The notes under the pieces were generated by a model that was not told where the DNA came from, did not search any database, and saw only the letters and a program-made list of their open reading frames with translations. The position numbers were made by a program, and so were the translations under genes. From Escherichia phage UGJNEcP3, in sequence record OV876907: 64,000 nt of DNA. One strand, given 5' to 3'. The stretch's first letter is position 1; the number at the start of each line of letters is the position of its first letter. Shown here in pieces: positions 1 to 11,676 of the stretch.

Positions 1-102
1 TTTCAATTTCCATTCAGCTTTATCATCGGAAGAGAAAGAAGAACCACCTTTCATTGCAGACAGTTGAGCAGCCAGTTGGGAAGGGTCTTTACGTTTGAAC
101 AT
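1..102 (-). CDS. 32: ssDNA-binding protein gp32, N-terminal 34 codons (gene runs off window start)
   Basis: ATG at 100-102 with AAGGT SD; translation MFKRKDPSQLAAQLSAMKGGSSFSSDDKAEWKLK resembles T4 gp32 N-terminus (memory); synteny with 59/33. Confidence 0.85.
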   Translation of the reverse strand, partial: MFKRKDPSQLAAQLSAMKGGSSFSSDDKAEWKLK

Positions 103-192
103 ATTATTTACCTTAGCAGATTTTAGCAGTTGTATTTTATTAACAGTTTTTAACAGATTGAGTTAGTATATTAACACATTTGATATGAAGCA

Positions 193-846
193 TTAAAACT
201 TACAAGATTTGATAATTTCAATGAACAATTTACGAGCTTCTAAATTATCGATTATAAGAATTTTCTTATAAGCATTTAATTTAGTCGAATACTTAGACCA
301 AACAAGGTCGTTGGTCTGTTCATCATGTTTATTTATTATATCCATAAATGAATCAAGCAAAATAAACGTTTCGAACGAAATAACATTCGATTGAAGGAGC
401 TTAAAAATATAGCTCGAGTTAACTTTTTTATTATAATCAAAAATTTCAGAAAGCGCTTGAACTTCCACTTTCTTACTGAAATAATAGATGTTTTTGATAT
501 CATCCTCAAAAACTTGTTTTATTCTTTTAAGTCTACCAATGTATTCTCGGTAAAAGACTAAGGCGTCAGCATCACTGATGTCGCCAATCCATGCGTCTTG
601 GTTAGCTACCAAGTTACTCATGAAGATAAGAGCAAGCTCTTTCAAAGTGTATTTATCACTCAATTTCTCAAAGAAATATTTGTCGCGACGTTTTTGATAA
701 GCCGTATCAGAGATTCGCATGACCCAGTTATATTTTATAACGTCGTATTTGGCGTTGAAGTGATGCTTTAACATCAAATATAGGGAATATACACTTTTGC
801 CATTCACCATACGGTTATTGTTTGGTGGCATGCGAATCTTAATCAT
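193..846 (-). CDS. 59: gp59 helicase-loading protein
   Basis: 217 aa; near-collinear with T4 gp59 as recalled (MIKxRMP...YDVIKYNW...DAWIGDISDADALVFYREYIGRLK); ATGA overlap with gene 33. Confidence 0.9.
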   Translation of the reverse strand: MIKIRMPPNNNRMVNGKSVYSLYLMLKHHFNAKYDVIKYNWVMRISDTAYQKRRDKYFFEKLSDKYTLKELALIFMSNLVANQDAWIGDISDADALVFYREYIGRLKRIKQVFEDDIKNIYYFSKKVEVQALSEIFDYNKKVNSSYIFKLLQSNVISFETFILLDSFMDIINKHDEQTNDLVWSKYSTKLNAYKKILIIDNLEARKLFIEIIKSCKF

Positions 847-1145
847 AACAAGAAATCCAGAGTATTAGTTTTTTGCGTTCGAGCCATTGAAGGTCGAAGC
901 AAGTTATCATCAATGGCTTCGTTCATAATTTTATCAATAATTCCTGCAGGCAAATAACGAGCAAAGTTACCTTCAGGGATGCTGTTCTCTTCCAACCATG
1001 CTGTAGCCGCTTCGAGGTAACTACAACCTTCAGCTTCAACAAAGGCCTCAATATCAAGGCCATTCTGTTGTTTGTTTACCAATACATGGACAGGTTCAGA
1101 AGCGGTATTAACCGCTCCATCAAAATCATTCAAAGATTGTGTCAT
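843..1145 (-). CDS. 33: gp33 late-transcription co-activator
   Basis: 100 aa acidic protein between 59 and dsbA as in T4; C-terminus ...TNTLDFLL. Confidence 0.75.
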   Translation of the reverse strand: MTQSLNDFDGAVNTASEPVHVLVNKQQNGLDIEAFVEAEGCSYLEAATAWLEENSIPEGNFARYLPAGIIDKIMNEAIDDNLLRPSMARTQKTNTLDFLL

Positions 1146-1389
1146 ACAGTTCTACCACTTCAGTTTTTTCGTCTTCGAAACGTTCACGAGTGCCTTTATG
1201 GTACAGGGAGAACAGCTGGTTAAACATTTTACCGTCTACACCAAGTTCAGTCTTAGCACGGTCTTTGATATCTTTAATTTCGTCACCGTAGGCTTCCATT
1301 TTTAATTTAGTATCAGAAGCAGACTTAATCAACTGAGCAAGGGTATTACCATGTTCTTCTTGATTGAATTCAATTTTCTCTTTAGCCAT
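1126..1389 (-). CDS. dsbA: DsbA dsDNA-binding protein
   Basis: ~87 aa from ATG 1387-1389 (AGGTGA SD; track start 1398 is GTG); position between 33 and rnh. Confidence 0.7.
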   Translation of the reverse strand: MAKEKIEFNQEEHGNTLAQLIKSASDTKLKMEAYGDEIKDIKDRAKTELGVDGKMFNQLFSLYHKGTRERFEDEKTEVVELYDTIFE

Positions 1390-1399
1390 TATATTCACC

Positions 1400-2347
1400 T
1401 TAATAAAAATCAGCTACTGTAGCAGTTAGTTTAGACAAACCAGATTTAACGAAATAAGGATAGACTTTGGATTTCGAAGGTTTGTTATACGTATTATATC
1501 TTTCAGTAATTAAAGCAACAATATCATCTGGAATAAAGTCCATATCAATTAAGATTTGGTTTTCACAGAAACGTTCATATTGTTCTTCAGTAAGAAGTGT
1601 TTTAATTATATCATGGTCGTAATAATTCAGAGCAATCGCTTCAAGTTCCTTGGCACGAGTGCTAGGAGTACGTTCGCCTTCAACCATTGTCAACCAGTAA
1701 TCACCACGAACTTTAATACTCGCAACGTTATCCTTGCGGTCGCCTTTAATAACCTTAGTTACACAATCAAGCAACGCATCACCAGATTTTGTTTTGACGA
1801 ATTTTTTCTGCATTGGAGACCATTGTTTCACCCCAGGGAATTTATGAAGTTGGGTAAAGTCACCATCAGAAGAACCAATCATAACGGGGTGACCTAAAGC
1901 CGTAAGGATACGAGTCAATACAGCAATATGGTCATCGGCCTCGATTGTGTCGATATTCATAACAATATAAGGCATGTTTTGTTCAAGCTCATCCACAATA
2001 ATATGCATTGCAGTGAATAAGCCTTCCCAATCAAATGGTGATTCGTCACGTGCCTTAGCACGGTTTTTCTTATAATAAGAAGAATAACGACGACGCCAAT
2101 AACCTGATTTAGAGTTATCAACACAAATGATTAGTTGGTTGTAACCTTGTTTTTTAAAGTCTTTAATGTTTTTCTTGATTGAATTCAAGACGAGATGTCG
2201 AAGCATTGCTGTTGTTACTTTAGGAAATCCGGCGTTCTCGCCAAACTCTTGGAAAGCCGCAGCCATAATGATTTGGCTGAAATCTAGGAGTAAAAACCCA
2301 TCTTTTTGTTGGTCTTCTTCAGGAAGTAAAAAATCTAAATCGTTCAT
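1400..2347 (-). CDS. rnh: RNase H / FEN-type 5'-3' exonuclease
   Basis: Matches T4 RNase H as recalled (LLDFSQ..., GYWRR, YYKKNR, IEADDHIAV, SSDGDFTQLHK); start moved to ATG 2347 (GAGG SD) because track ATG 2380 lies inside a -10 element. Confidence 0.9.
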   Translation of the reverse strand: MNDLDFLLPEEDQQKDGFLLLDFSQIIMAAAFQEFGENAGFPKVTTAMLRHLVLNSIKKNIKDFKKQGYNQLIICVDNSKSGYWRRRYSSYYKKNRAKARDESPFDWEGLFTAMHIIVDELEQNMPYIVMNIDTIEADDHIAVLTRILTALGHPVMIGSSDGDFTQLHKFPGVKQWSPMQKKFVKTKSGDALLDCVTKVIKGDRKDNVASIKVRGDYWLTMVEGERTPSTRAKELEAIALNYYDHDIIKTLLTEEQYERFCENQILIDMDFIPDDIVALITERYNTYNKPSKSKVYPYFVKSGLSKLTATVADFY

Positions 2348-2375
2348 ATGAACCTCTGTCCAATTAGTGTAGAGG

Positions 2376-2410
2376 TTCATTATATCATGACCCTAGAAGA
2401 AGTAAACACT
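2376..2410 (-). promoter_or_regulatory. early-type promoter for rnh (GTTTAC -35, 17 bp, TGaTATAAT)
   Basis: minus-sense GTTTAC (2403-2408), 17-bp spacer, extended -10 over 2379-2387. Confidence 0.5.
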
Positions 2411-2414
2411 TTGC

Positions 2415-2422
2415 TATAAATA
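2415..2422 (+). promoter_or_regulatory. T4-type late promoter TATAAATA upstream of gene 34
   Basis: exact TATAAATA 33 bp upstream of gene 34 ATG. Confidence 0.7.
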
Positions 2423-2454
2423 GTTCTATACCCTGAAAACGAAAAGGAAATAAA

Positions 2455-5400
2455 ATGGCCGATATTTTAAAACCTGCCTTCCGTGCTACATCCGGACTCG
2501 ATGCTGCAGGCGAGAAAGTTATCAATGTTGCCAAAGCCGATTACAATGTATTAGACGACGGCGTCAACGTTGAATTCTTTATAGATGAGAACACCATCCA
2601 GGCGTACGACAAGACGCGCGGATATAAGAAAGGGTTTGCCGTAATCCATGACCAACGTATCTGGGTTGCTCAACGTGATATCGATGCTCCATCAGGAGCC
2701 TTTGTACCAGGTTATTGGACTGCTACCCGTACTGACCCTAAATGGATTACTGTAGCGTCTCCTACACGCCAACTGGCTTCCGGTGAATATATTGCAGTGG
2801 ATTCTGCTGCTAGCTTTACTACATTTACCCTGCCTCCTAACCCTACAGATGGCGATACCGTTGTAATTAAAGATATCGGTGGTCGTGTTGGTTATAACGA
2901 AATAAAGGTTCAGTCCAGTTCTGCTCCTGGCGGCGGTAACCAGAAAATTGTTCGTTTTGGTAATCAGTTTACTGAGACCTTAATTACGAAGCCTTTTTCT
3001 TATAACATGCTTATCTTTGCTAACCGTCTTTGGCATTTCTGGGAATCAGGTAACGAAGAACGTGGTATCCGTGTAGAACCTAACACCGCTCAGTTCCAAG
3101 CCCAAGCTGGTGATAACATCCTCCGTCGTTATACTTCAGGTGCAGTAATTAAGTTTACTCTTCCTAAGTATGCGAACCAAGGCGATATTATTAAAACCGC
3201 TGATATCGATGGTTTAGGAAGTAAATTCCATTTAATCGTTGAAACGTTTGATGCTTCGTCTGCATTAGGTAAACCCGGACAGCATAGCATGGAATTCCGT
3301 ACCTCCGGTGATGGATTCTTTGTTTATAACTCTACCGAAAAATTATGGTATGTTTGGGACGGTGACCTTAAAACCCGTTTACGTGTAATTCGCGATGATG
3401 TTGAACTCTTGGCTAACGAAAGTGTTATTGTTTTTGGCCCTAATAATACAACACCGCAGACGATTAATATCACATTACCTACAGGCGTAGCCCAGGGTGA
3501 TGTCGTTAAGATTGCTCTGAACTATCTCCGTAAAGCTCAGACGGTAAATATTAAGGCCGCTGTAGGAGATAAAATAGCTTCTTCGGTTCAATTGCTCCAG
3601 TTCCCTAAACGTTCTGAATATCCACCGGAAACCGAATGGGTATTGAATGACGTATTGACCTTTAATGGCAATATAAGTTATACTCCGGTTATTGAACTGA
3701 GTTATATCGAAGACACCACTACAGGTGGTAAATATTGGGTTGTTGCCCAGAACGTTCCTACTATAGAACGTGTAGATTCTAAAGATGATTTAACTCGTGC
3801 TCGTTTAGGTGTTATTGCGTTGGCTACGCAGACCCAAGCAAACGTCGACCATGAAAATAATCCTGAAAAAGAACTTGCAATTACTCCTCAGACTTTAGCT
3901 AATCGTGTAGCGACTGAATCTCGTCGTGGTATTGCTCGTATTGCTACTACTGCTCAGGTGAACCAGGATACAACCTTCGCATTCCAGGACGATTTGATTA
4001 TTTCTCCTAAGAAATTAAACGAACGTACTGCAACCGAAACTCGTCGTGGTGTCGCTGAAATTGCTACGCAAGTTGAAACTGATGCTGGTATAGATGATAC
4101 TACAATCATCACTCCTAAGAAGCTACAAGCGCGGCAGGGTTCGGAAAGTCTTTCAGGTATTGTAACATATACCTCTACCGTAGGAACCACTCCTGCGACT
4201 GCTAGGGACACCGTAGGTACTAACGTTTATAATAAGAACGTAGGCAATTTGGTTATTTCTCCTAAAGCACTTGACCAGTATAAAGCTACTCAAGTTCAAC
4301 AGGGTACAGTATATCTTTCCAACCAGTCTGAAGTTAACGCAGGTCAAACTGCAAGTGGATTCGCCAATAGTGCTGTTTCTCCTGAAACATTACATGCTCG
4401 TGTGGCTCTTGATACTCGTACAGGGTTAATTGAAATTGCTACGCAAACAGAGACTGATACTGGAACAGATTATACTCGTGCGGTAACGCCTAAGACGTTA
4501 AATGATAGGAAAGCTACGGAAGGATTGACTGGTATTGCTAGAATTGCAACACAGGTAGAATTTGATGCAGGTGTATTAGATAATGTTATTTCAACTCCGT
4601 TGAAAATTAAAACAAGATTTAATGATACTGCTAGAACTTCTGTCTCAGCAGCCAGTGGTTTGGTTGAATCAGGAACCTTATGGAACCATTATACACTAGA
4701 TATTAGAGAAGCAAATGAGACACAACGTGGCACTGCTCGCCTGGCAACCCAGACCGAAGTCAACGTTGGTACCGATGATAAAACTATCGTCACTCCTTTG
4801 AAATTGCATTCTAAAAAATCTACTGAAAGTTCTGAAGGTATTATTCGTGTTGCAACCAATACCGAAACAACCGCAGGAACTTCTAAAGTTTTGGCTGTAA
4901 GCCCTTCTGGTTTAAAATATGTAGTACAGACCGAAACTACTTGGGAAGCTACTGCACTTCGTCGTGGATTTGTTAAATTAACCGAAGGTGCTTTAACCTA
5001 TTCAGGAAATAAAGTTACTGGTTCTGGTGTTAAATTCAACTCAGGTACAGGCCTTTATGAGAACGATGATACTGTTCTGAACGCAGCGAACTATCCTAAA
5101 ACGGGTTATGCGGTTTCATCTTACGAGATGAATAAAACTTTACAGAACTTTTTACCCATAAATGCTACGGCTGTGAACTCCGAGAAATTGGATGGCCTGG
5201 ATTCACTTCAGTTCATTCGTAGAGACGTCGACCAAACGGTTAATGGTTCTTTAACCCTGACCAAACAATTGAACCTGGCGGCTCCTCTGGTGTCTTCTAG
5301 TACTGCTAATATTACTGGCAATACTATTTTAGGTTCTCTGGAAGTAACTGGAAATTCTACTTTTAAAAATGATGTATCTGTTAGCTCAGGTAAATCTATT

Positions 5401-6504
5401 AAATTTGTAGGACCGCAGTCAGGTGCCGGTACTTGGAACTCTCAAGGAGATACTTTAGCTCCGATTTTTGCCGAGATAAATTCGACCCCAGATGCCAAGT
5501 TCCATCCTATTGTTAAACAACGTTTAGGGCAAGGTACATTCTCTTTAGGCACTGTAAACGACGGAACTCGTGATTTTAAAATACATTATCTTCCATCGCC
5601 GGGTTCTTTAGAATCTTCCTACTGGACCTTTAATACGACTGGTGACTTTGCTGTTAATAGTGGTTCCATTAGTATTTCTAAGAATGCTAATATCACAGGT
5701 ATAACCACTTCTAACGGTGTTTCTACAACCACACTAAATGCTTCTGCTCTGTCTTCATTGCAAAACGTAACTACTTCAGGTACTATCGTTTCCACCGGAC
5801 AGGTATCGGCAAATAATGGTTTGGTTGCTCAAAAATACGTTCGTTCTGTTGGTGTTAAACCTACATTAGCATCCCAGGCCCCTACTGCAGAAACAGTTGG
5901 CTTCTGGTCTGTTGATATCAATGATTCGGCTACATTTAACCTGTTCCCGGGTTATTGGACGATGAAAACTAAACGTCAGGTTAATATCGATACGGTCCAA
6001 ACTAAACCTGCCGGTGTTTCTGATGAGATATGGAATGCTTCTGGTTGGTTGACAGAAACGGGTGCATTTAGTTCTCCGGCTATTCGTTATCGTAACGAAG
6101 ACGGTAGTTTTGGTGACGAAGTTCTCAGTACGTCAGGTCAGAAATTACGTGGTACTTGGTTTGATTATTCTGTTCGTGATAAGGAAGTTAAATATCCTGG
6201 TACGTTAACCCAGTTTGGTAATACGTTAGATTCATGCTATCAAGATTGGGTGTGTTATCCTACAGGGCTGAATGGCGGTACTATCCGTTATACCCGTACC
6301 TGGCAGAAAAATAAAAACGCATGGACTACATTCTCAATGGTCTATACGGCAGATAACCCTCCTTCTGCAGAAGATGTGGGTGCATTGCCTGCTGATAACG
6401 CTACAATGGGTAACATTACAATCCTCGATTGGTTGCGTATTGGTAACGTTCGCATTATTCCTGACCCAGTCACTAAATCTGTCAAGTTTGAGTGGATTGA
6501 ATAA
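2455..6504 (+). CDS. 34: long tail fibre proximal subunit gp34
   Basis: 1349 aa, first of four co-directional fibre genes after rnh; AAGGAAA SD; size and position as T4 gp34. Confidence 0.88.
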   Translation: MADILKPAFRATSGLDAAGEKVINVAKADYNVLDDGVNVEFFIDENTIQAYDKTRGYKKGFAVIHDQRIWVAQRDIDAPSGAFVPGYWTATRTDPKWITVASPTRQLASGEYIAVDSAASFTTFTLPPNPTDGDTVVIKDIGGRVGYNEIKVQSSSAPGGGNQKIVRFGNQFTETLITKPFSYNMLIFANRLWHFWESGNEERGIRVEPNTAQFQAQAGDNILRRYTSGAVIKFTLPKYANQGDIIKTADIDGLGSKFHLIVETFDASSALGKPGQHSMEFRTSGDGFFVYNSTEKLWYVWDGDLKTRLRVIRDDVELLANESVIVFGPNNTTPQTINITLPTGVAQGDVVKIALNYLRKAQTVNIKAAVGDKIASSVQLLQFPKRSEYPPETEWVLNDVLTFNGNISYTPVIELSYIEDTTTGGKYWVVAQNVPTIERVDSKDDLTRARLGVIALATQTQANVDHENNPEKELAITPQTLANRVATESRRGIARIATTAQVNQDTTFAFQDDLIISPKKLNERTATETRRGVAEIATQVETDAGIDDTTIITPKKLQARQGSESLSGIVTYTSTVGTTPATARDTVGTNVYNKNVGNLVISPKALDQYKATQVQQGTVYLSNQSEVNAGQTASGFANSAVSPETLHARVALDTRTGLIEIATQTETDTGTDYTRAVTPKTLNDRKATEGLTGIARIATQVEFDAGVLDNVISTPLKIKTRFNDTARTSVSAASGLVESGTLWNHYTLDIREANETQRGTARLATQTEVNVGTDDKTIVTPLKLHSKKSTESSEGIIRVATNTETTAGTSKVLAVSPSGLKYVVQTETTWEATALRRGFVKLTEGALTYSGNKVTGSGVKFNSGTGLYENDDTVLNAANYPKTGYAVSSYEMNKTLQNFLPINATAVNSEKLDGLDSLQFIRRDVDQTVNGSLTLTKQLNLAAPLVSSSTANITGNTILGSLEVTGNSTFKNDVSVSSGKSIKFVGPQSGAGTWNSQGDTLAPIFAEINSTPDAKFHPIVKQRLGQGTFSLGTVNDGTRDFKIHYLPSPGSLESSYWTFNTTGDFAVNSGSISISKNANITGITTSNGVSTTTLNASALSSLQNVTTSGTIVSTGQVSANNGLVAQKYVRSVGVKPTLASQAPTAETVGFWSVDINDSATFNLFPGYWTMKTKRQVNIDTVQTKPAGVSDEIWNASGWLTETGAFSSPAIRYRNEDGSFGDEVLSTSGQKLRGTWFDYSVRDKEVKYPGTLTQFGNTLDSCYQDWVCYPTGLNGGTIRYTRTWQKNKNAWTTFSMVYTADNPPSAEDVGALPADNATMGNITILDWLRIGNVRIIPDPVTKSVKFEWIE

Positions 6505-6512
6505 GAGGTATT

Positions 6513-7637
6513 ATGGAAAGATTTATGGCAGAATTTGGACAAGGATATGTCCAGGTTCCTACATTATCTGAAAACAATGCTGTAAGGTACAAACTTAGTA
6601 TAGCTGGTAGTTGTACTAAGTCTACCACAAAAGCATATGTTAAATTTCAAGATGGGGACTTCGGTCCCCAGAATTTTCAAAATGGATTAAATCTTATAGA
6701 AATAGACGTTAGTGCCGAACCTAAAGTGGTGGCTAACAAAACTTATAGTTTTACAAAAGATTTTGATGTTATCTCTGAAGCTTTTATTACTTACATAAAT
6801 TCAATACCTGCAAACAGAATAGTTTGTTTAGTATCTTCTGGTAGATTAAACGCTTCACAGAAACTTATTGATTGGTTCCGTGCAGCAGGAAGTACAGCAT
6901 TCCCGTCTAAATGGATGATAGAGCGATTTGAGCCGTCTTATTCGGCCTTTTACGTTTCTGGTAGAAATACCATAGTGATGGAACACGTCCTTTATAATGA
7001 TGGGGTGTTTGTTGAAGATGTTTCTACACCATTAGAAGTCGTTTTTGACGATATCAGTGATGTCGGCGGTACCGGATATCCTATAAGAATAGTAGAAGAT
7101 GAAAATACTTATCTAAGTAATGGTGGGGAGGAAATAAAACGTTTCCCTACGGATTCTCCTACCACTCCTTGTGCTGATTATAATATGAAGCCTGGGGAGT
7201 TCTTTTATCTTAAATTCCAAATGATGTGCGACCAGGAATTAAAAGATTCAGAAGGGACTTCTCAAATGTCTGTTAGATTTTTTGATTCTAATAGTGCTTT
7301 GACCGGTACTGTAAATATGGAAATCCCGACTAATTTCCCTGCCGGGTCTTGGATGACTTTTGAGCGAGTAATTGAAGTTCCTGCTAATACAGAAACATTT
7401 ACATTGTATGCAAGAAAAACAGTGGCCAGTGGAGGTGGTGGTGTACGCAATGTGATGTTTGGGGAAGTATCAGAGCCGGAATCACAACCTAAATCAGCTG
7501 AATTTGGTGTAAATGGTATTCGTATGAATTTCGGTACCGAAACTAAGAATATGGGTATTACTATAGCCCAGTTATACGATAAAACAGGTACTAAACCGGG
7601 GCAGGTTTGGGTATCTGAATTTAGAGAAAAATATTAA
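6513..7637 (+). CDS. 35: long tail fibre hinge/connector gp35
   Basis: 374 aa immediately after gene 34; size and position as T4 gp35. Confidence 0.8.
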   Translation: MERFMAEFGQGYVQVPTLSENNAVRYKLSIAGSCTKSTTKAYVKFQDGDFGPQNFQNGLNLIEIDVSAEPKVVANKTYSFTKDFDVISEAFITYINSIPANRIVCLVSSGRLNASQKLIDWFRAAGSTAFPSKWMIERFEPSYSAFYVSGRNTIVMEHVLYNDGVFVEDVSTPLEVVFDDISDVGGTGYPIRIVEDENTYLSNGGEEIKRFPTDSPTTPCADYNMKPGEFFYLKFQMMCDQELKDSEGTSQMSVRFFDSNSALTGTVNMEIPTNFPAGSWMTFERVIEVPANTETFTLYARKTVASGGGGVRNVMFGEVSEPESQPKSAEFGVNGIRMNFGTETKNMGITIAQLYDKTGTKPGQVWVSEFREKY

Positions 7638-7638
7638 G

Positions 7639-7660
7639 GAACCTTCGGGTTCCTTTTTCG
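7639..7660 (+). terminator. intrinsic terminator hairpin (GGAACC-UUCG-GGUUCC + T-run) after gene 35
   Basis: perfect 6-bp stem with UUCG loop followed by TTTTT. Confidence 0.65.
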
Positions 7661-7712
7661 TTTTCTACGGCCATAAATATATAAAAGGCTATAACTCCCA
7701 AAGGAAACTCAA

Positions 7713-8360
7713 ATGGCAGATTTAAAATTAGGTTCTACAGCAGGAGGTTCGGTATTATGGCACCAAGGTAATTTCCCCTTAACGCCTGTATCAAATGACC
7801 TTCTTTATAAAACATATAAAGTTTACACCGAGTATAATAAACCACAAGCAGTTGATAATGATTTCGTTTCAAAAGCCAACGGCGGTAATTATAAGAACAA
7901 CGTGTATTTTGAAAAAGGTTTGACCTTTAATGATACTAATGGATATGGTATTAAATTAGGAGCAAGAACAGCCGGAGCCCCGTTTACAGCTTCTTTCCGT
8001 ATTAAAGGTGCTTTTGGATACGAAACGGAAGACGGTACCCCGTTTATGATATTTGACCCAAATACAACAGTTGGTGCTAAACGTCTTACCGTAATGGGTG
8101 ATTCATTATTCCGACAAGTATATGATGAATCAGGTCGTGTATTCAGCCCAGGCAACACCCCTACTAAAGCACAAATTGGATTGCCGTTAGTAGATAACGC
8201 AAAACAGGTCCAAATAAATAATACTAATATGCAAACAATGACTGGAGTACTTGCGGCTCCTAACTTCATTTCATTAAATCCGGCCTCTGACGCAGGACAT
8301 GTTCCCCGTTTCGACCAGATTGTTATTAAAGATTCTATCCAAGATTTTGGTTATTATTAA
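7713..8360 (+). CDS. 36: long tail fibre distal connector gp36
   Basis: 215 aa between 35 and 37; size and position as T4 gp36. Confidence 0.8.
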   Translation: MADLKLGSTAGGSVLWHQGNFPLTPVSNDLLYKTYKVYTEYNKPQAVDNDFVSKANGGNYKNNVYFEKGLTFNDTNGYGIKLGARTAGAPFTASFRIKGAFGYETEDGTPFMIFDPNTTVGAKRLTVMGDSLFRQVYDESGRVFSPGNTPTKAQIGLPLVDNAKQVQINNTNMQTMTGVLAAPNFISLNPASDAGHVPRFDQIVIKDSIQDFGYY

Positions 8361-8368
8361 GAGGCATT

Positions 8369-11300
8369 ATGGCTACTTTAAAACAGATACAATTTAAAAG
8401 AAGTAAAGTAGCTGGTGTACGTCCTACGCCAGCGCAGTTGGCTGAAGGCGAGCTGGCTATTAACTTAAAAGACCGTTTGTTATTTACTAAAGATGATACC
8501 GGCGCCATCATCGACCTTGGCTTTGCTAAAGGCGGTAATATTGACGGTAACGTAGTTCATAAAGGAAATTATAATCAAACCGGTGATTATACCTTGAATG
8601 GTACTTTTACCCAAACAGGTGATTTTAATTTAACTGGTATTGCCAGAGTAACCCGTGACATAATTGCGGCAGGTCAAATTATGTCTGAAGGTGGCGAGCT
8701 TATTTCTAAGAGTTCTTCAACTTCTCATTTGAGATTCTTTGATGGTGCATCACGTGAACGTGGTATTATCTTTTCTCCTAATAATGCAGGTTTGACAACT
8801 CAGGTAGTTAATATCCGCGTTCAAGATTATGCTGCAGGAAGTGAAAGCACTTACGCGTTTTCAGGCAACGGCCTATTTACTTCACCTGAAGTATCAGCAT
8901 GGAAATCTATTTCGTCTCCACAAATTCTGACCGATAAAGTTATTACAAATGGTAAGAAAGAAGGTGATTATGATATCTATTCAATGGCCGATAATACTCC
9001 TTTGGCCGAAAGTGAAACAGCAATTAACCACCTACGTGTTATGCGAAATGCGGTAGGAGCTGGTGTATTCCATGAAGTAAAAGATAATGACGGTATCTCA
9101 TGGTATGCAGGCGATGGACTCGATGCATATCTTTGGTCGTTCACCTGGTCCGGTGGATTGAAAGCGGGTCATTCTATTGCTGTCGGTCTTCCGCACGGTT
9201 CTAAAAATTATTCAGAAATGGGGCCTGGCTCGATAGCTTTAGGTGATAACGACACCGGATTAAAATGGCACCAAGATGGTTATTTCCATACAGTAAACAA
9301 TGGGACAAGAACTTTCATCTACGGACCAGAAGAAACGCAAAGCCTTAGAAAAATGGTTATGGGTTATTCTCCGGATGGGATTAATATGACAGTCCCTCCA
9401 ACAGAAAACTATGCCCTGGCAACTGTAGTTACTTACCATGATAATAACGCCTTTGGTGATGGCCAAACTCTTTTAGGATATTATCAAGGTGGTAAGTACC
9501 ATCACTATTTCCGTGGTAAAGGCGCGACGAACATTAACACCGCTGGCGGTTTGTTAGTTACTCCAGGCAATATCGACGTGATTGGCGGTTTAATTAATAT
9601 CGACGGTCGCAGTAATGCTTCAACCTTACTGTTTAGTAGCTATACGTCTGGACAAAGCTCTGTCGATAATATGAATATACGCGTTTGGGGCGATACTTTT
9701 ACTACTGTAGGTGGTACTCGCAAAAACGTAATGGAAATATCTGATGCCACTAGCTGGATGCAATATATTCAACGAACAACTGCAGGTAAAGTCGAATCGG
9801 TTCTAAACGGCACCCAGATTGTTAATGAAAACTTGACCGTAGTAAAAAATGCTACATTTGATGGTACAATCAGCGCAGCAGGTGAAATCGCAACAAATGC
9901 AGTAAATGGCCTTCGTATTTGGAACGATGATTACGGTGCTATTTTCCGTCGTTCAGAAGGAAGTCTTCACATTATTCCTACTGCTTTTGGTGAAGGTAAA
10001 ACCGGAGATATTGGTCCACTTCGTCCATTTAGTATTGCTTTAGATACCGGTAAAGTTGTTATTCCTGACTTGGATTTATCCCATACCACTTTTGCAGAAA
10101 ACGGTTATATTAAATTTGGCGGACACGGCGCTGGTGCAGGCGGATATGATATTCAATACGTCCAAGCAGCTCCTATTTTCCAGGAAATCGATGATGATGC
10201 CGTAAGTAAATATTACCCAATTGTTAAGCAGAAATTCTTACAAGGAAAGGCTGTTTGGTCTTTAGGTACCGAAATTAATTCAGGGACATTTGTTATCCAT
10301 CATTTAAAAGAAGATGGGACCCAGGGCCATACCTCAAGATTTAATGCCGATGGTACAGTTAATTTCCCTGATAACGTGCAGGTTGGCGCTGGTGAAGCTA
10401 CTATTGCTCGTAATGGTAACATCTTCTCTGATATTTGGAAAGTATTTACCTCTGCCGGTGATATAACTAACATTCACGATGCTATTGCCTCTCGTGTTGC
10501 TAAAGAAGGCGACACGATGACTGGAAAATTGACTATTGCCGCTGCGGATGATGCTTTATTGATTAAAGCCCCAAATGCCAATAATAGTTCTCATATCCGT
10601 TCAGAAGTCGCTGGTGCTAATAGCTGGTTTGTTGGTAAAGGCGGTGAAAGTGATACGGTATCTTTTTATAACTACAAAACATCAACCGGTCTAGATTTGA
10701 GTGATAATGGAGTAATTTCATTTAATCCTAAATCATTTAATTTAGCTCAAATGAGTGAAAACCGTCTGTGGATTAATGGAACAAGATGGGTTGCTACAAA
10801 TCCAGGCGCTATTAGCGGACAATTCGCACTTGAGGCTCCTTTATTTGTAGAACACGGTGACCTGAATGGTAACGTTTATTATCCGATTGTTAAAGGCCGA
10901 AGTTCTTCTGCTGGGTTTGGGTACACGTCCTCCGTAGAGCTAGGTACTTTACGTTCAGGTACCGCAGCCTGGGCCACCGGTTGTATAATTGTTCGTTCAG
11001 CTGAAAATACACCAGAACAAGGACATCCTGCCGCGGTTTATCAATTTTTGTCCAACGGGCAGTTTAGTGCTCCCGGAAGAATTGTTTCTGGTTGGGCTGG
11101 TATTGGTGTTGGTGTTGAACCAGCTTGGACCACGCCATGTATTTCTATTGGTGACGCTGATACTGGTATCGTATGGGAATCCGATGGTATCTACAACCTT
11201 TATGCGAATGGACAAGGTGTATTCAGTATTCGTGCTGGACTTGCTCAAACATTCGGTAACGTAGCATTACACGTTAACGCAGGTATGTATGTTCGTGATA

Positions 11301-11647
11301 ACATTGATGTTAACGATGTTTATATCCGTTCTGATATTCGTTGTAAGTCAGAAATTAAGCTTATTAAGAACGCTCAAGAGAAATCTAAACTCTTAGGCGG
11401 CTATACTTATCTGCTTAAAAACTCTGTTACAGACGAAGTTAAACCATCTGCAGGTTTAATTGCTCAGGAAGTTCAAGAAGTATTACCTGAACTTGTTTCT
11501 GAAGATAAAGAGACCGGACTGCTTCGTTTGAACTATAACGGTATTATTGGTTTAAATACAGCTACTATCAACGAGCATACTGACGAAATCAAGGAATTGA
11601 AATCCGAAATTGCTGAGTTGAAAGCATTAATTAAATCATTATTATAA
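8369..11647 (+). CDS. 37: long tail fibre distal subunit gp37 with C-terminal intramolecular-chaperone-like domain
   Basis: 1092 aa; C-terminal ~120 aa ([10 protein letters not shown]...[15 protein letters not shown]...) resembles S74/endosialidase-type autocleaving chaperone domains (memory). Confidence 0.88.
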   Translation: MATLKQIQFKRSKVAGVRPTPAQLAEGELAINLKDRLLFTKDDTGAIIDLGFAKGGNIDGNVVHKGNYNQTGDYTLNGTFTQTGDFNLTGIARVTRDIIAAGQIMSEGGELISKSSSTSHLRFFDGASRERGIIFSPNNAGLTTQVVNIRVQDYAAGSESTYAFSGNGLFTSPEVSAWKSISSPQILTDKVITNGKKEGDYDIYSMADNTPLAESETAINHLRVMRNAVGAGVFHEVKDNDGISWYAGDGLDAYLWSFTWSGGLKAGHSIAVGLPHGSKNYSEMGPGSIALGDNDTGLKWHQDGYFHTVNNGTRTFIYGPEETQSLRKMVMGYSPDGINMTVPPTENYALATVVTYHDNNAFGDGQTLLGYYQGGKYHHYFRGKGATNINTAGGLLVTPGNIDVIGGLINIDGRSNASTLLFSSYTSGQSSVDNMNIRVWGDTFTTVGGTRKNVMEISDATSWMQYIQRTTAGKVESVLNGTQIVNENLTVVKNATFDGTISAAGEIATNAVNGLRIWNDDYGAIFRRSEGSLHIIPTAFGEGKTGDIGPLRPFSIALDTGKVVIPDLDLSHTTFAENGYIKFGGHGAGAGGYDIQYVQAAPIFQEIDDDAVSKYYPIVKQKFLQGKAVWSLGTEINSGTFVIHHLKEDGTQGHTSRFNADGTVNFPDNVQVGAGEATIARNGNIFSDIWKVFTSAGDITNIHDAIASRVAKEGDTMTGKLTIAAADDALLIKAPNANNSSHIRSEVAGANSWFVGKGGESDTVSFYNYKTSTGLDLSDNGVISFNPKSFNLAQMSENRLWINGTRWVATNPGAISGQFALEAPLFVEHGDLNGNVYYPIVKGRSSSAGFGYTSSVELGTLRSGTAAWATGCIIVRSAENTPEQGHPAAVYQFLSNGQFSAPGRIVSGWAGIGVGVEPAWTTPCISIGDADTGIVWESDGIYNLYANGQGVFSIRAGLAQTFGNVALHVNAGMYVRDNIDVNDVYIRSDIRCKSEIKLIKNAQEKSKLLGGYTYLLKNSVTDEVKPSAGLIAQEVQEVLPELVSEDKETGLLRLNYNGIIGLNTATINEHTDEIKELKSEIAELKALIKSLL

Positions 11648-11651
11648 GAAA

Positions 11652-11665
11652 GGGCCTTCGGGCCC
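11652..11665 (+). promoter_or_regulatory. RNA hairpin GGGCC-UUCG-GGCCC between genes 37 and 38
   Basis: perfect stem with UUCG loop directly before the GGAGG SD of gene 38; no T-run. Confidence 0.4.
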
Positions 11666-11676
11666 TGGAGGTTTTT

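Noticed and set aside
7661-7712. Late promoter upstream of gene 36 (CATAAATATATAAAAGG)
   Set aside because: Contains ATAAATA but not an exact TATAAATA; gene 36 may be read through from upstream, so it is not reported as a feature.
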